A stretch of 48,112 bases of DNA from positions 1 to 48,112 of the forward strand of contig CAZSIR010000006.1 of assembly GCA_964606765.1 (NCBI GenBank). The letters run 5' to 3'. Positions within the stretch are counted from its first letter, which is position 1, and the number at the start of each line of letters is the position of its first letter. The notes below the pieces were generated by a model. It was not told the DNA's origin. It was given only the letters and a program-made list of their open reading frames with translations, and made no database searches. This document shows, in pieces, positions 8,939 to 17,675 of this stretch. This stretch comes from an uncultured Bordetella sp. (GTDB lineage Bacteria; Pseudomonadota; Gammaproteobacteria; Burkholderiales; SG8-41). The position numbers and the translations under genes are program-made.

Positions 8939-10885
8939 TCAGGGCGTATCACCCAGCGGGGCTTCGCGGTCGCGGGTACGCGGCTCGATGACGCCGATGC
9001 GCTTCTTCAGGGACTGCGCCTGCTGGCTGAAATTGCCGGCGTAATAACTGGCATTGGCCATCACCCGTTTGACGTAGTCGCGGGTTTCATTGAAGGGGAT
9101 GCTTTCGGCGTAAATTGCCGCTTCCATGCGCTCCCCGGCGCGCCAGGCGCGGGCCCGGCCCGGCCCGGCGTTATAGGCCGCCGACGCCATCACCGGACTG
9201 CCGTCCAGCGAATCGAGCACGTGTTTCAGGTAATAGGTGCCGAGGTTCAGGTTGGTTTCCACCTCGGTCACCTGCGACCAGTGCCAGTCCTTGAGTCCGA
9301 TCTTGCCGGCGACCCACTTTGCGGTGGCCGGCATCAGCTGCATCAGCCCGCTGGCGCCGACGCGTGACTTGGCCTGCGCAATGAAGCGGCTTTCCTGGCG
9401 GATCAGTCCATTGACCCAGGCCTCGTCCAGGTCCAGCTGGCTGGCCGCGGCCTTCAGCTGGTCGCGGTACGGCGCCAGGTAGCGCAGCCCGAAATCATGT
9501 TCAAACACCGTGCGGTCGGCGGTGTTGATGGCACGGTCATAGACCGCGTTGCGCCGCGCGACTTCCGCCGCCGCCAGCAGCTGCCGGTCATCCAGGCCGC
9601 GGATGGCCCACAACCATTCGCGCACGCCTTCGAGCCGCACCTCCAGCCGGAACAGTTCCAGTGCACGCTGGATGCCCGCTTGGGCGGCAATGGCCGCGAC
9701 GTCCTTTTCAGTCGGTTTGTAGGCCGGCGCCGGCACCTGCACGACGCCGCCAAGATCCTCCAGCGCCAGCTGCCCGTAGAAGTGGTATTCGGCAGACAGC
9801 GGTTTCAGCAGGGCCGTCGCCTCCGCGCCGCGACCCAGATTTTTCAGCGCGCGTGCTTTCCAGTAGCGCCAGGCCGGCTCTTCGGCTTCCTTCAGCGTCA
9901 TCGCATCAACGGCTGCCAGCACATCGAGCCAGCGCTGCGCGCGCAATGCGGCGCGGGCCTTCCACGCCAGCTGCAGATCGCTCATGCCGCTCGCTTGGGC
10001 GAACCAGCCCAATGCCGCCGGATCATGGCGCATCGCGCCGAAATAGCCGAGCATGCCCCAGACATAGCCGCGCTCTTCCTCGGAAAAGCGCGGCGCGAGT
10101 TTTTCCCATTGCGCCGCCGCCTGCTGTGGCGAAGTGCGCGCCAGCCGGTACACCGCGAACATCGCCGCTTCGCGCCCGCCGCGGGTTTTCAGTTCGACCT
10201 TGCCGCTGTTCAGGTGGCCCGCGGGATTGCCGGAAATGCCCGACAGCAGCCTTGCGTCCGGCGCCTGTCCTGCCGGCAGAAACCCCGCCACCCGGTTGGC
10301 GAGGCTGACCTGGCCGGCTTCCAGCGCCAGGCGGATGCGGGTCCAGATGTCTTCGGTCGACAGCTGTCCGCCGCTGACCAGCGCCTGGAACAGGGGATCA
10401 CAGCTGCCGGGCAGGTCGCGGGCGACGAACCACAGCGGCCGGGCTTCGCGCAGGGCCAGCGAGTCGCGGCTGATGCGGGCCTGCAACGCATAGCAGGTGG
10501 TTTCCATGTCATCGTTGATCAGCGCCGGCAGTTCGGCATTGAAGGTTTCCCAATCCGCGTTCTTGCCCAGCAATTTGAGCCAGTCGCGACGCAGATAATC
10601 CGACAGCGGCGTATCGCGGTTGGCGGCGAGGAATGCGCGTACTTCCGCGGGATCGCGCGTTTCCAGCCGCGACTGCAACCGCCAGTAGCGCACATACGGC
10701 TCCAGCAGATGTCCCTGAAACCTGGGTGCAATCTGTTCCAGCTGTCTGCTGTTGCCCGCGCGCGCCGCATCACGCGCCGCAAGAAAAGCATCATCCAGAC
10801 TGGCGGCGTGCGCCGCGCCTGCGCTCAGCAGGATCGCCAGCAACGCTGCACAACAGGTAGCGGACCGAAAATGCAGATTCATCAT
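8939..10885 (-). CDS. slt: Soluble lytic murein transglycosylase (Slt70-like)
   Basis: Signal peptide, helical repeat region, and a catalytic domain with IRQES, GLMQLMPAT, AYNAGPG and ETRDYVKRV. Confidence 0.92.
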   Translation of the reverse strand: MMNLHFRSATCCAALLAILLSAGAAHAASLDDAFLAARDAARAGNSRQLEQIAPRFQGHLLEPYVRYWRLQSRLETRDPAEVRAFLAANRDTPLSDYLRRDWLKLLGKNADWETFNAELPALINDDMETTCYALQARISRDSLALREARPLWFVARDLPGSCDPLFQALVSGGQLSTEDIWTRIRLALEAGQVSLANRVAGFLPAGQAPDARLLSGISGNPAGHLNSGKVELKTRGGREAAMFAVYRLARTSPQQAAAQWEKLAPRFSEEERGYVWGMLGYFGAMRHDPAALGWFAQASGMSDLQLAWKARAALRAQRWLDVLAAVDAMTLKEAEEPAWRYWKARALKNLGRGAEATALLKPLSAEYHFYGQLALEDLGGVVQVPAPAYKPTEKDVAAIAAQAGIQRALELFRLEVRLEGVREWLWAIRGLDDRQLLAAAEVARRNAVYDRAINTADRTVFEHDFGLRYLAPYRDQLKAAASQLDLDEAWVNGLIRQESRFIAQAKSRVGASGLMQLMPATAKWVAGKIGLKDWHWSQVTEVETNLNLGTYYLKHVLDSLDGSPVMASAAYNAGPGRARAWRAGERMEAAIYAESIPFNETRDYVKRVMANASYYAGNFSQQAQSLKKRIGVIEPRTRDREAPLGDTP

Positions 10886-10907
10886 AAGTATATGATTTTA
10901 TTCATAA

Positions 10908-12422
10908 TTATGACAAGAACAGGCGGTAAGCCGGATTTCGCGTCTCATCACAGTACGGGTAGCCGACCTGCGCCAGGAACGCCTGGAAGCGGGCCTGGTC
11001 CGCCGGCGGCACTTCCATGCCCACCAGCACCCGGCCGTAATCCGCACCGTGGTTGCGGTAATGAAACAGGCTGATGTTCCAGCCGCGGCTCATGCTGGTG
11101 AGAAAACGCATCAGTGCGCCCGGCCTTTCCGGAAACTCGAAGCGGTAGAGGATTTCGTTTTTGACGCCCGGTGCGTGCCCGCCGACCATGTGCCGTACGT
11201 GCAGTTTCGCCAGTTCATTGCCGCTGAGGTCCAGCGTCTGCAGGCCGCGCCGGCGCAGGGCGCGCACCAGCTGCGCCGTTTCCTTGCGGTCGCGCACCTG
11301 CACACCGACAAACACCCGCGCCTCTTTGGCATCGTCAAAACGATAATTGAACTCCGTCACGTTGCGCGGCCCGAGCTGTTCGCAGAATGCCTTGAAACTG
11401 CCGGGCTTTTCCGGAATCGTCACCGCAAGGATGGCCTCGCGGTTTTCACCGAGTTCCGCTTCTTCTGCGACAAAGCGCAGGCGGTCAAAGTTCATATTGG
11501 CACCGCAGGCGACGGCGACCAAGGTGGCGCCGCGCGATTTTTTGCGCTGCGCCCAGGCCTTGGCGCCGGCAATCGCCAGCGCGCCCGCGGGCTCGAGGAT
11601 GGCGCGGGTGTCTTCAAACACATCCTTGATCGCGGCGCACATCGCATCGGTATCGACGCGGATGACCTCGTCGACCAGTTCACGGCAGAGACGGAAGGTT
11701 TCCCGGCCAACCTGCTTCACCGCGACACCGTCGGCAAACAACCCGACCTGCGCCAGCTTGACGCGGCGACCCGCCTTCAGCGACTGGTACATGGCATCGG
11801 AGTCCGTCGGTTCGACGCCGATGATCTTGATCTCGGGGCGCAGTCTTTTGACATAGGCCGCAATGCCGGAGATCAGCCCGCCGCCGCCGATGGCGACAAA
11901 AATCGCGTCGATCTTTTCCGGATGCTGACGCAGGATTTCCATGGCGATGGTGCCCTGGCCGGCAATCACGTCCGGATCGTCATAGGGATGCACATAGGTC
12001 AGGCGGCCGCGCTTTTCCAGCAGCCGCGCATGGGCTGCGGCCTCATCGTAGGAATCGCCGTGCAGCACGACCTTCGCGCCGCGGGCACGCACGGCATCGA
12101 TCTTGATGTCGGGCGTGGTCACCGGCATCACGATGGTCGCCGTGCAGCCGAGGCGTTTCGCCGCCAGCGCGACGCCCTGGGCGTGGTTGCCGGCCGATGC
12201 GGCGATCACGCCGCGGCGCAGGGCCTCCGGCGGCAGATGCGCCATCTTGTTGTAGGCGCCGCGCAGCTTGAAGGAAAACACCGACTGCATGTCTTCGCGC
12301 TTGAGCAAAATGCGGTTGTGCAGGCGGCGTGAGAGGTTCGCCGCCGGCTCCAGCGGCGTTTCCACGGCCACGTCATAAACACGGGCATTCAGTATGCGTT
12401 CCAGGTAATCCATTTTTTTCAT
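10908..12422 (-). CDS. ilvA: Biosynthetic threonine ammonia-lyase with two ACT-like domains
   Basis: SFKLRGAYN PLP-lysine motif, SAGNHAQG, GANMNFDRL and FHYRNHGADYG. Start at MKKMDY (12422) or MDY (12413). Confidence 0.96.
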   Translation of the reverse strand: MKKMDYLERILNARVYDVAVETPLEPAANLSRRLHNRILLKREDMQSVFSFKLRGAYNKMAHLPPEALRRGVIAASAGNHAQGVALAAKRLGCTATIVMPVTTPDIKIDAVRARGAKVVLHGDSYDEAAAHARLLEKRGRLTYVHPYDDPDVIAGQGTIAMEILRQHPEKIDAIFVAIGGGGLISGIAAYVKRLRPEIKIIGVEPTDSDAMYQSLKAGRRVKLAQVGLFADGVAVKQVGRETFRLCRELVDEVIRVDTDAMCAAIKDVFEDTRAILEPAGALAIAGAKAWAQRKKSRGATLVAVACGANMNFDRLRFVAEEAELGENREAILAVTIPEKPGSFKAFCEQLGPRNVTEFNYRFDDAKEARVFVGVQVRDRKETAQLVRALRRRGLQTLDLSGNELAKLHVRHMVGGHAPGVKNEILYRFEFPERPGALMRFLTSMSRGWNISLFHYRNHGADYGRVLVGMEVPPADQARFQAFLAQVGYPYCDETRNPAYRLFLS

Positions 12423-12564
12423 TGCAGGGTTCAGGCCATGTCGGCAAATCACTGAATCCCAAAGGTTATCAGGAATGGGACCAGCAGGCACGGCTGCCTG
12501 ACGCAGCCGCAAAGGTATCGTGTATATTGAATCGCATCATGAACCATCAGAAGCGGCACACCAG

Positions 12565-13248
12565 GTGAATCAGGATGCACTGAAACAGGCCGCGGCCAAG
12601 GCCGCCGTCGCGCTGGTTCCGGCAGGCAGCATCGTCGGCGTCGGCACCGGATCAACCGTCAATTTCTTCATCGATGAACTGGCGCTGATCAAAAACCGCA
12701 TTGAGGGTGCGGTCTCGAGTTCCGAAGCCAGCGCCAAACGCCTGAAAGCGGCCGGCATCGAAGTCATGGACCTCAACAATGTGCGGGACCTGCCGGTGTA
12801 TGTCGACGGCGCCGATGAAGTGACGCGGCACCTGATGATGATCAAGGGCGGCGGCGGCGCGCTGACCCGCGAAAAAATCGTCGCAGCTGTCGCGCAGAAA
12901 GTCATTTGCATCGCCGATGCATCCAAGCTGGTCGATGTACTCGGCCGTTTCCCGCTGCCGGTCGAAGTGATCCCGATGGCCAGGTCCTACGTGGCGCGGG
13001 AAATCGTGAAACTGGGCGGCCAGCCCGAATGGCGCTCCGGTTTTGTCACGGACAACGGCAACCTGATCCTCGACGTGCACAACATGACCATCCTCGATCC
13101 GGTGGCGCTGGAAACCCGGCTCAACCAGATCACCGGCGTGGTCACCAACGGCCTCTTTGCCCGGCGGCCGGCCGATATCCTGCTGCTGGCGGGCAAAAGC
13201 GGGGTGGAAACCCTGCGCCACCCGGCTGCCGCCACGAAATTGTCATAA
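12565..13248 (+). CDS. rpiA: Ribose-5-phosphate isomerase A
   Basis: [23 protein letters not shown] and TDNGN motifs. GTG start at 12565. Confidence 0.96.
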   Translation: MNQDALKQAAAKAAVALVPAGSIVGVGTGSTVNFFIDELALIKNRIEGAVSSSEASAKRLKAAGIEVMDLNNVRDLPVYVDGADEVTRHLMMIKGGGGALTREKIVAAVAQKVICIADASKLVDVLGRFPLPVEVIPMARSYVAREIVKLGGQPEWRSGFVTDNGNLILDVHNMTILDPVALETRLNQITGVVTNGLFARRPADILLLAGKSGVETLRHPAAATKLS

Positions 13249-13262
13249 TTCGCCGCTATAAA
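13229..13262 (+). promoter_or_regulatory. Putative Pho box plus -10 element for phoU
   Basis: CCGCCACGAAATTGTCAT (18 bp, 11-bp period), a 10-bp spacer, then TATAAA. This is the same geometry as E. coli PhoB promoters, 30 bp before phoU. Confidence 0.6.
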
Positions 13263-13291
13263 CTCTTTTTTGCGCCACGAAAGCCGCCGTC

Positions 13292-13993
13292 ATGCCGGAA
13301 CATACGCTGAAACAGTTTGATACCGAACTCGAGGAAATCCGCTCGCGGGTGCTGCAGATGGGCGGCCTGGTCGAGGAACAGATCACCCGGGCGCTGGAAG
13401 CCCTGATGAGCGGCAATGTTTCGCTGGCGCGGCAGGTGACGGAAAACGATCACCAGGTCAATGCGCTGGAAGTCGCCATCGACGAGGATTGCAGCACGGT
13501 CATCGCGCGCCGCCAGCCTGCCGCCAAGGACCTGCGGATGGTGATGACGGTGGCCAAGACCATCACCGATCTCGAGCGCATCGGCGATGAAGCCGCCAAG
13601 ATTGCGCGCATGGCCCAGGCGATCTACGAAAGCGACCGCCCGACCGTGCCACGCACGGTCGAAATCCAGCATGTCGCGGACATCGCGATCGGCATGCTGC
13701 GCAACTCCCTGGATGCCTTCGCCCGCCTCGATACCACGGTGGCGGCGACGGTCGTGCGCCAGGACGAGCGGGTGGACAAGGCATTTGTCAGCATCCTGCG
13801 CCAGCTGATCACCTTCATGATGGAAGACCCGAGGACGATCTCGCACGCGATTGAAATCCTCTTCATCGCCAAGGCCATCGAGCGCATCGGCGACCATTCC
13901 AAGAACATCTCCGAGTACGTGGTCTATCTGGTCAAGGGCAAGGACGTCCGCCACACCAGCGTCGAGACCTTCGAGCGCGAAGCGCTGGGCTAA
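13292..13993 (+). CDS. phoU: Phosphate signalling protein PhoU
   Basis: MGGLVEEQ, ARRQPAAKDLR, DLERIGDEA and IERIGDHSKNISE motifs. Confidence 0.96.
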   Translation: MPEHTLKQFDTELEEIRSRVLQMGGLVEEQITRALEALMSGNVSLARQVTENDHQVNALEVAIDEDCSTVIARRQPAAKDLRMVMTVAKTITDLERIGDEAAKIARMAQAIYESDRPTVPRTVEIQHVADIAIGMLRNSLDAFARLDTTVAATVVRQDERVDKAFVSILRQLITFMMEDPRTISHAIEILFIAKAIERIGDHSKNISEYVVYLVKGKDVRHTSVETFEREALG

Positions 13994-14132
13994 CAGGCAC
14001 TGAAACAAAAAATTATCCCGCTGCAGCCGCGGGGCTGCGTGGTACACTCGCCGGCATTCGGCAGCACTGAGTGGAGCGGGCGTGCAGCGATGCGTAAATT
14101 ACCGGCGATGAAGCATCCGGAGGCCTGTCAAG

Positions 14133-15650
14133 GTGGCTGACCAGTCCACCATTGTCGCCGTTGACCTCGGCTCCAACTCCTTCCACTGCCAGATCGCCCG
14201 CGTCACCGGCGACCAGTTCTTCCCCCTTGATTCGCTGCGCGAACCGGTACGTCTCGGCGCCGGACTGGGCAAGGACAAAAAACTCGATGAGGAATCGCAG
14301 GAGCGCGCGCTGGCCTGCCTCGCCCGCTTTGGCGAACGCCTGCGCGGGCTCGACCGTCACGCAGTGCGCGCCATCGGCACCAACACCCTGCGCGTGGCCA
14401 AGAACGCCAAGCCCTTTCTGCGCAAGGCGCGCGCGGCCCTCGGCTTCCCGATCGAAGTCGTCGCCGGGCGCGAGGAAGCGCGGCTGATCTACCTCGGCGT
14501 CTCGCACAGCCTGCCGGCATCGCGGGAAAAACGCCTGGTCATTGACATCGGCGGCGGCTCCACCGAATGCATCATCGGCACCGGCTACAAACCGCTGCGC
14601 CTGGAAAGCCTGTTCATGGGCTGCGTGTCGTACAGCCTGCGCTATTTCCGCGACGGTCGCATCAGCAAATCCGCGTTCAAGGCCGCTGAACTGGCCGCCC
14701 GCGCCGAACTGCAGCCCATCGTCGGCAGCTACGTCCGCGGCAACTGGAAACATGCCGTCGGTTCCTCGGGCACGGTGCGTGCAATTGCGGAAATTCTCGA
14801 GCTGTCGGGTTACACCGAAGGCCCGGTGACGCTGGAGGGGCTGGACCGGCTGCGCAACCAGCTGATCAAGGCCGGCGACATCGGGCGCGTCGCCCTGCCC
14901 GGCCTGCGCCCGGACCGTCTGCCGGTGCTGGCCGGCGGCCTCGCCATCCTGCGTGCCGCATTCGAGGAGCTGCGCATCGACGCGCTGACGCCGGCCACCG
15001 GCGCAATGCGCCAGGGCATCCTCTACGACATGCTCGGCCGCTTCCACCACCACGACATGCGCGACGTCACGGTCGCGCAGTTCATGCGCCGCTACCACGT
15101 CGACACGCAGCAGGCGCGGCGCGTGAGCTCGCATACCGTCGCACTCTACGAAAAACTCGCCGGCAACAGCATGGATGACGATGCGCTGCGGCTGCTGGGC
15201 TGGGCGGCAAAGCTGCACGAAATCGGCATTCCGGTCGCTTACAGCGGTTACCACAAACATTCGGCGTACATCATCAGCAACGCCGACATGCCGGGATTCT
15301 CGCGCGAAGAACAGGCGCAGCTGGCCGCGCTGGTGCTGCGCCACCGCCGCTCGCTGAAAAAATCCCTCGAAGACCAGCCTGAGGAATTCGACCGCGACAT
15401 GGTATTGGCGCTGCGCCTGGCGGTGGTGTTGTGCCGTGCGCGGCGCGATGCGCGCATCCCGCCGCTGGACATCAAGGCGCAAGGTGAGCGGGTGCGGCTG
15501 GCGTTTGATCCGGCCTGGCTGGAGGCGAATCCGCTGACGGCGACGGCGCTGCGCGAAGAAGTCGACGAGTGGGCGCGCATCGGCGAGGAACTGCGGATTC
15601 CCGGCCTTGAGGAAATCGTGCTGGCGCAGGAACCCGCGTTCGTCGAATAA
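14133..15650 (+). CDS. ppx: Exopolyphosphatase (Ppx/GppA family)
   Basis: VDLGSNSFH, EEARLIYLGV, DIGGGSTE, and a C-terminal HD-like region (LHEIG, HKHSAY). Confidence 0.93.
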   Translation: MADQSTIVAVDLGSNSFHCQIARVTGDQFFPLDSLREPVRLGAGLGKDKKLDEESQERALACLARFGERLRGLDRHAVRAIGTNTLRVAKNAKPFLRKARAALGFPIEVVAGREEARLIYLGVSHSLPASREKRLVIDIGGGSTECIIGTGYKPLRLESLFMGCVSYSLRYFRDGRISKSAFKAAELAARAELQPIVGSYVRGNWKHAVGSSGTVRAIAEILELSGYTEGPVTLEGLDRLRNQLIKAGDIGRVALPGLRPDRLPVLAGGLAILRAAFEELRIDALTPATGAMRQGILYDMLGRFHHHDMRDVTVAQFMRRYHVDTQQARRVSSHTVALYEKLAGNSMDDDALRLLGWAAKLHEIGIPVAYSGYHKHSAYIISNADMPGFSREEQAQLAALVLRHRRSLKKSLEDQPEEFDRDMVLALRLAVVLCRARRDARIPPLDIKAQGERVRLAFDPAWLEANPLTATALREEVDEWARIGEELRIPGLEEIVLAQEPAFVE

Positions 15651-15666
15651 AAGCGTCTGCGCGGCG

Positions 15667-16107
15667 CTACAACACGCCGGGGGTGATGACCGCCTTCACC
15701 CGTACGCCCTTTTCATCCTGTGCCAGCCACCAGATTGCGCCTTTTTTCAGGCTCCAGGCCGCGGCTTCACCGGTCAGGGCCAAAGCCGCAGCCGCGCCCA
15801 GCGTCGGCTGATGGCCGACCACCACCACGGTGCCCGCAGCCGTGGGCCAGCCTGCGGCCTGCAGCACCCCCTGCGGCGTGGCCGCCGTTGAAACGGCCTT
15901 TTCAACCACTGCATCTTCGGTGAACGCCGCTGCGGTTTCGCGGGTGCGGACGGCGGGACTGACAAGGACGCGGCAATCGGCAGGCAGATGTTCGGCCAGC
16001 CATGCCGCCATTTTTTGCGCCTGCCGGCGCCCCTTGGCGGTCAACCGCCGCGCCTCATCCGGCACACCGTCCTCGGCATCGGCATGTCGCCACAGAACCA
16101 GATCCAT
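15667..16107 (-). CDS. sixA: SixA-like phosphohistidine phosphatase
   Basis: LWRHADA, LTAKG, SPAVRTRETA and VGHQPTLG motifs. Confidence 0.88.
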   Translation of the reverse strand: MDLVLWRHADAEDGVPDEARRLTAKGRRQAQKMAAWLAEHLPADCRVLVSPAVRTRETAAAFTEDAVVEKAVSTAATPQGVLQAAGWPTAAGTVVVVGHQPTLGAAAALALTGEAAAWSLKKGAIWWLAQDEKGVRVKAVITPGVL

Positions 16108-16109
16108 GT

Positions 16110-17675
16110 TCACTCCTGCCAGGGCCGGCGAGCGGCACGAAAGCAGCGCCATGCCGGCTGCAGGGACTTGCGCTCGGCAACGGCATGGGCTTCACACCAG
16201 CCGATCACAATCCCGGTCGCCGCAAGCAATTCGTGATGATCCGCCGCGACGGCATCCAGCATGGGTTTGACGCTTGCCGCGTCATTGATGCGGCCTAGTA
16301 TATCCTGCAGCAGCGCGAGCCGTTCGCGCATTGTCGCCATGCCGCGCGCGGAATACAGCGAAGAAAAAAACTCGATGGCATAGCGCAGTTGTTTGACTGC
16401 GATGCGCAGGCGGTGCAGCTCGCCGGCCGTGCGTCTTTCCAGGTGACGCCCGCGTTTGAGCACACGGGCATGGCAGGCTGCGAGTATCCGCGTCGCGCAA
16501 TCCCGCGCCGACTGCCGCCAGGCCGCATCCCCGGCTTCCAGGTCCAGGCCCGCAAGCCAGCCGCCCAGCGTGACCATGGATGTATTATAAATATTTGATT
16601 TAATTGACTTTTTTAACTTTGATCGGGCGGATTTCCGCGCCCGTTCACAGGCCTGCTCCAAACCCCCGGCGGCGCCATGCGCCGTCAATGCAGGACGCAG
16701 CGCGGGCAGGGTTTCCGTGACCAGCACATCCCAGTCGCGTGCCGGCCCCAGGGCTGCGGCAATGCCGCGCAACATGGCCGCCTGGGGCGCGGCGCTGTCG
16801 CAGGGCAGATCGCGGAACAGGCGGAATGCCGAGCGCAGCCGACGGATGCCGACGCGCATCTGGTGCAGATATTCCGGATCCCCGCCATGCATCACGCCGC
16901 GTTCATTGGCATGCACCTGGGTGAGCGCGGCAGCGGCAATCACCCGGAACATCCGGCCGGCGCTCATTGCTGCATCCAGCACCACCGGCGCCGCCTTGGC
17001 CGGAAGCGTGCTCCCGCCGCGAAACAGATCAAAACCGCGCTCGGCCTTGGAGCGGTGTTCCAGCGCCACCGGCAGCTGCTGCGCCAGTTGCTGCGCCAGA
17101 TCGAACAAGGCCGTCAGCGGCCCCGCTTTCAGTTCCAGCTCGATTTCGCAAACCGCTTCGCGCCGCCGGCCGCCGCGGATGAAACCGCGGTCCATCGCCA
17201 CCTCGATCAACACGCCGGGCGCCGGCTGCAGCAGGCGCAGCACGCGCGTGATTTCGGTTTGCACCACCGGAACCAGCGCCGACGCGATCTTTTTGGAGCG
17301 CAGGATTTTGCTCACCGGATGCGGCGGCAAGGCGGATAAATCAGGATGCGGCCTGCGCAGCACGGTTTCAATTTCCAGGCGCTGGTGTACGCCCGAAGCC
17401 GTTACCCCCGCATCCTTGACCGCCTGCACCCAGTGCCGCCCTTCGCGCCGTACGCGCAGCGCTATGCGCTGCCGCGACAGCGCCATATCCGGCGTGTCAA
17501 AGTAAACCGCGGAAAGTTTGCGCGTGGCCGGTTTCTGCCCCCGTTGCAGGCCGGATTGCAGCAGCGGTAAAACCTGCGCCGCATGCCAGCTCGCCGGCGG
17601 CAGGCGCAGCTTGAGTTCGGTTTCGGCGGCGACCGTGGCCGGCCCGGATGCACCCCGGTCGCCACCCGGGTTCAT
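16110..17675 (-). CDS. CYTH + CHAD domain protein (inorganic triphosphatase / polyP-binding)
   Basis: CYTH motifs ETELKL, YFDTPD, LRVR and EIELELK. CHAD motifs LHQMRVGIRRLRS, LHRLRIAVKQLRY and LQDILGRIND. Confidence 0.9.
   Translation of the reverse strand: MNPGGDRGASGPATVAAETELKLRLPPASWHAAQVLPLLQSGLQRGQKPATRKLSAVYFDTPDMALSRQRIALRVRREGRHWVQAVKDAGVTASGVHQRLEIETVLRRPHPDLSALPPHPVSKILRSKKIASALVPVVQTEITRVLRLLQPAPGVLIEVAMDRGFIRGGRRREAVCEIELELKAGPLTALFDLAQQLAQQLPVALEHRSKAERGFDLFRGGSTLPAKAAPVVLDAAMSAGRMFRVIAAAALTQVHANERGVMHGGDPEYLHQMRVGIRRLRSAFRLFRDLPCDSAAPQAAMLRGIAAALGPARDWDVLVTETLPALRPALTAHGAAGGLEQACERARKSARSKLKKSIKSNIYNTSMVTLGGWLAGLDLEAGDAAWRQSARDCATRILAACHARVLKRGRHLERRTAGELHRLRIAVKQLRYAIEFFSSLYSARGMATMRERLALLQDILGRINDAASVKPMLDAVAADHHELLAATGIVIGWCEAHAVAERKSLQPAWRCFRAARRPWQE

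Noticed and set aside
10878-10910. AT-rich CATAAGTATATGATTTTATT considered as a dif (XerCD) site
   Set aside because: It lacks the TTATGTTAAAT XerD arm; it fits an IHF-like core better and occurs in several copies.
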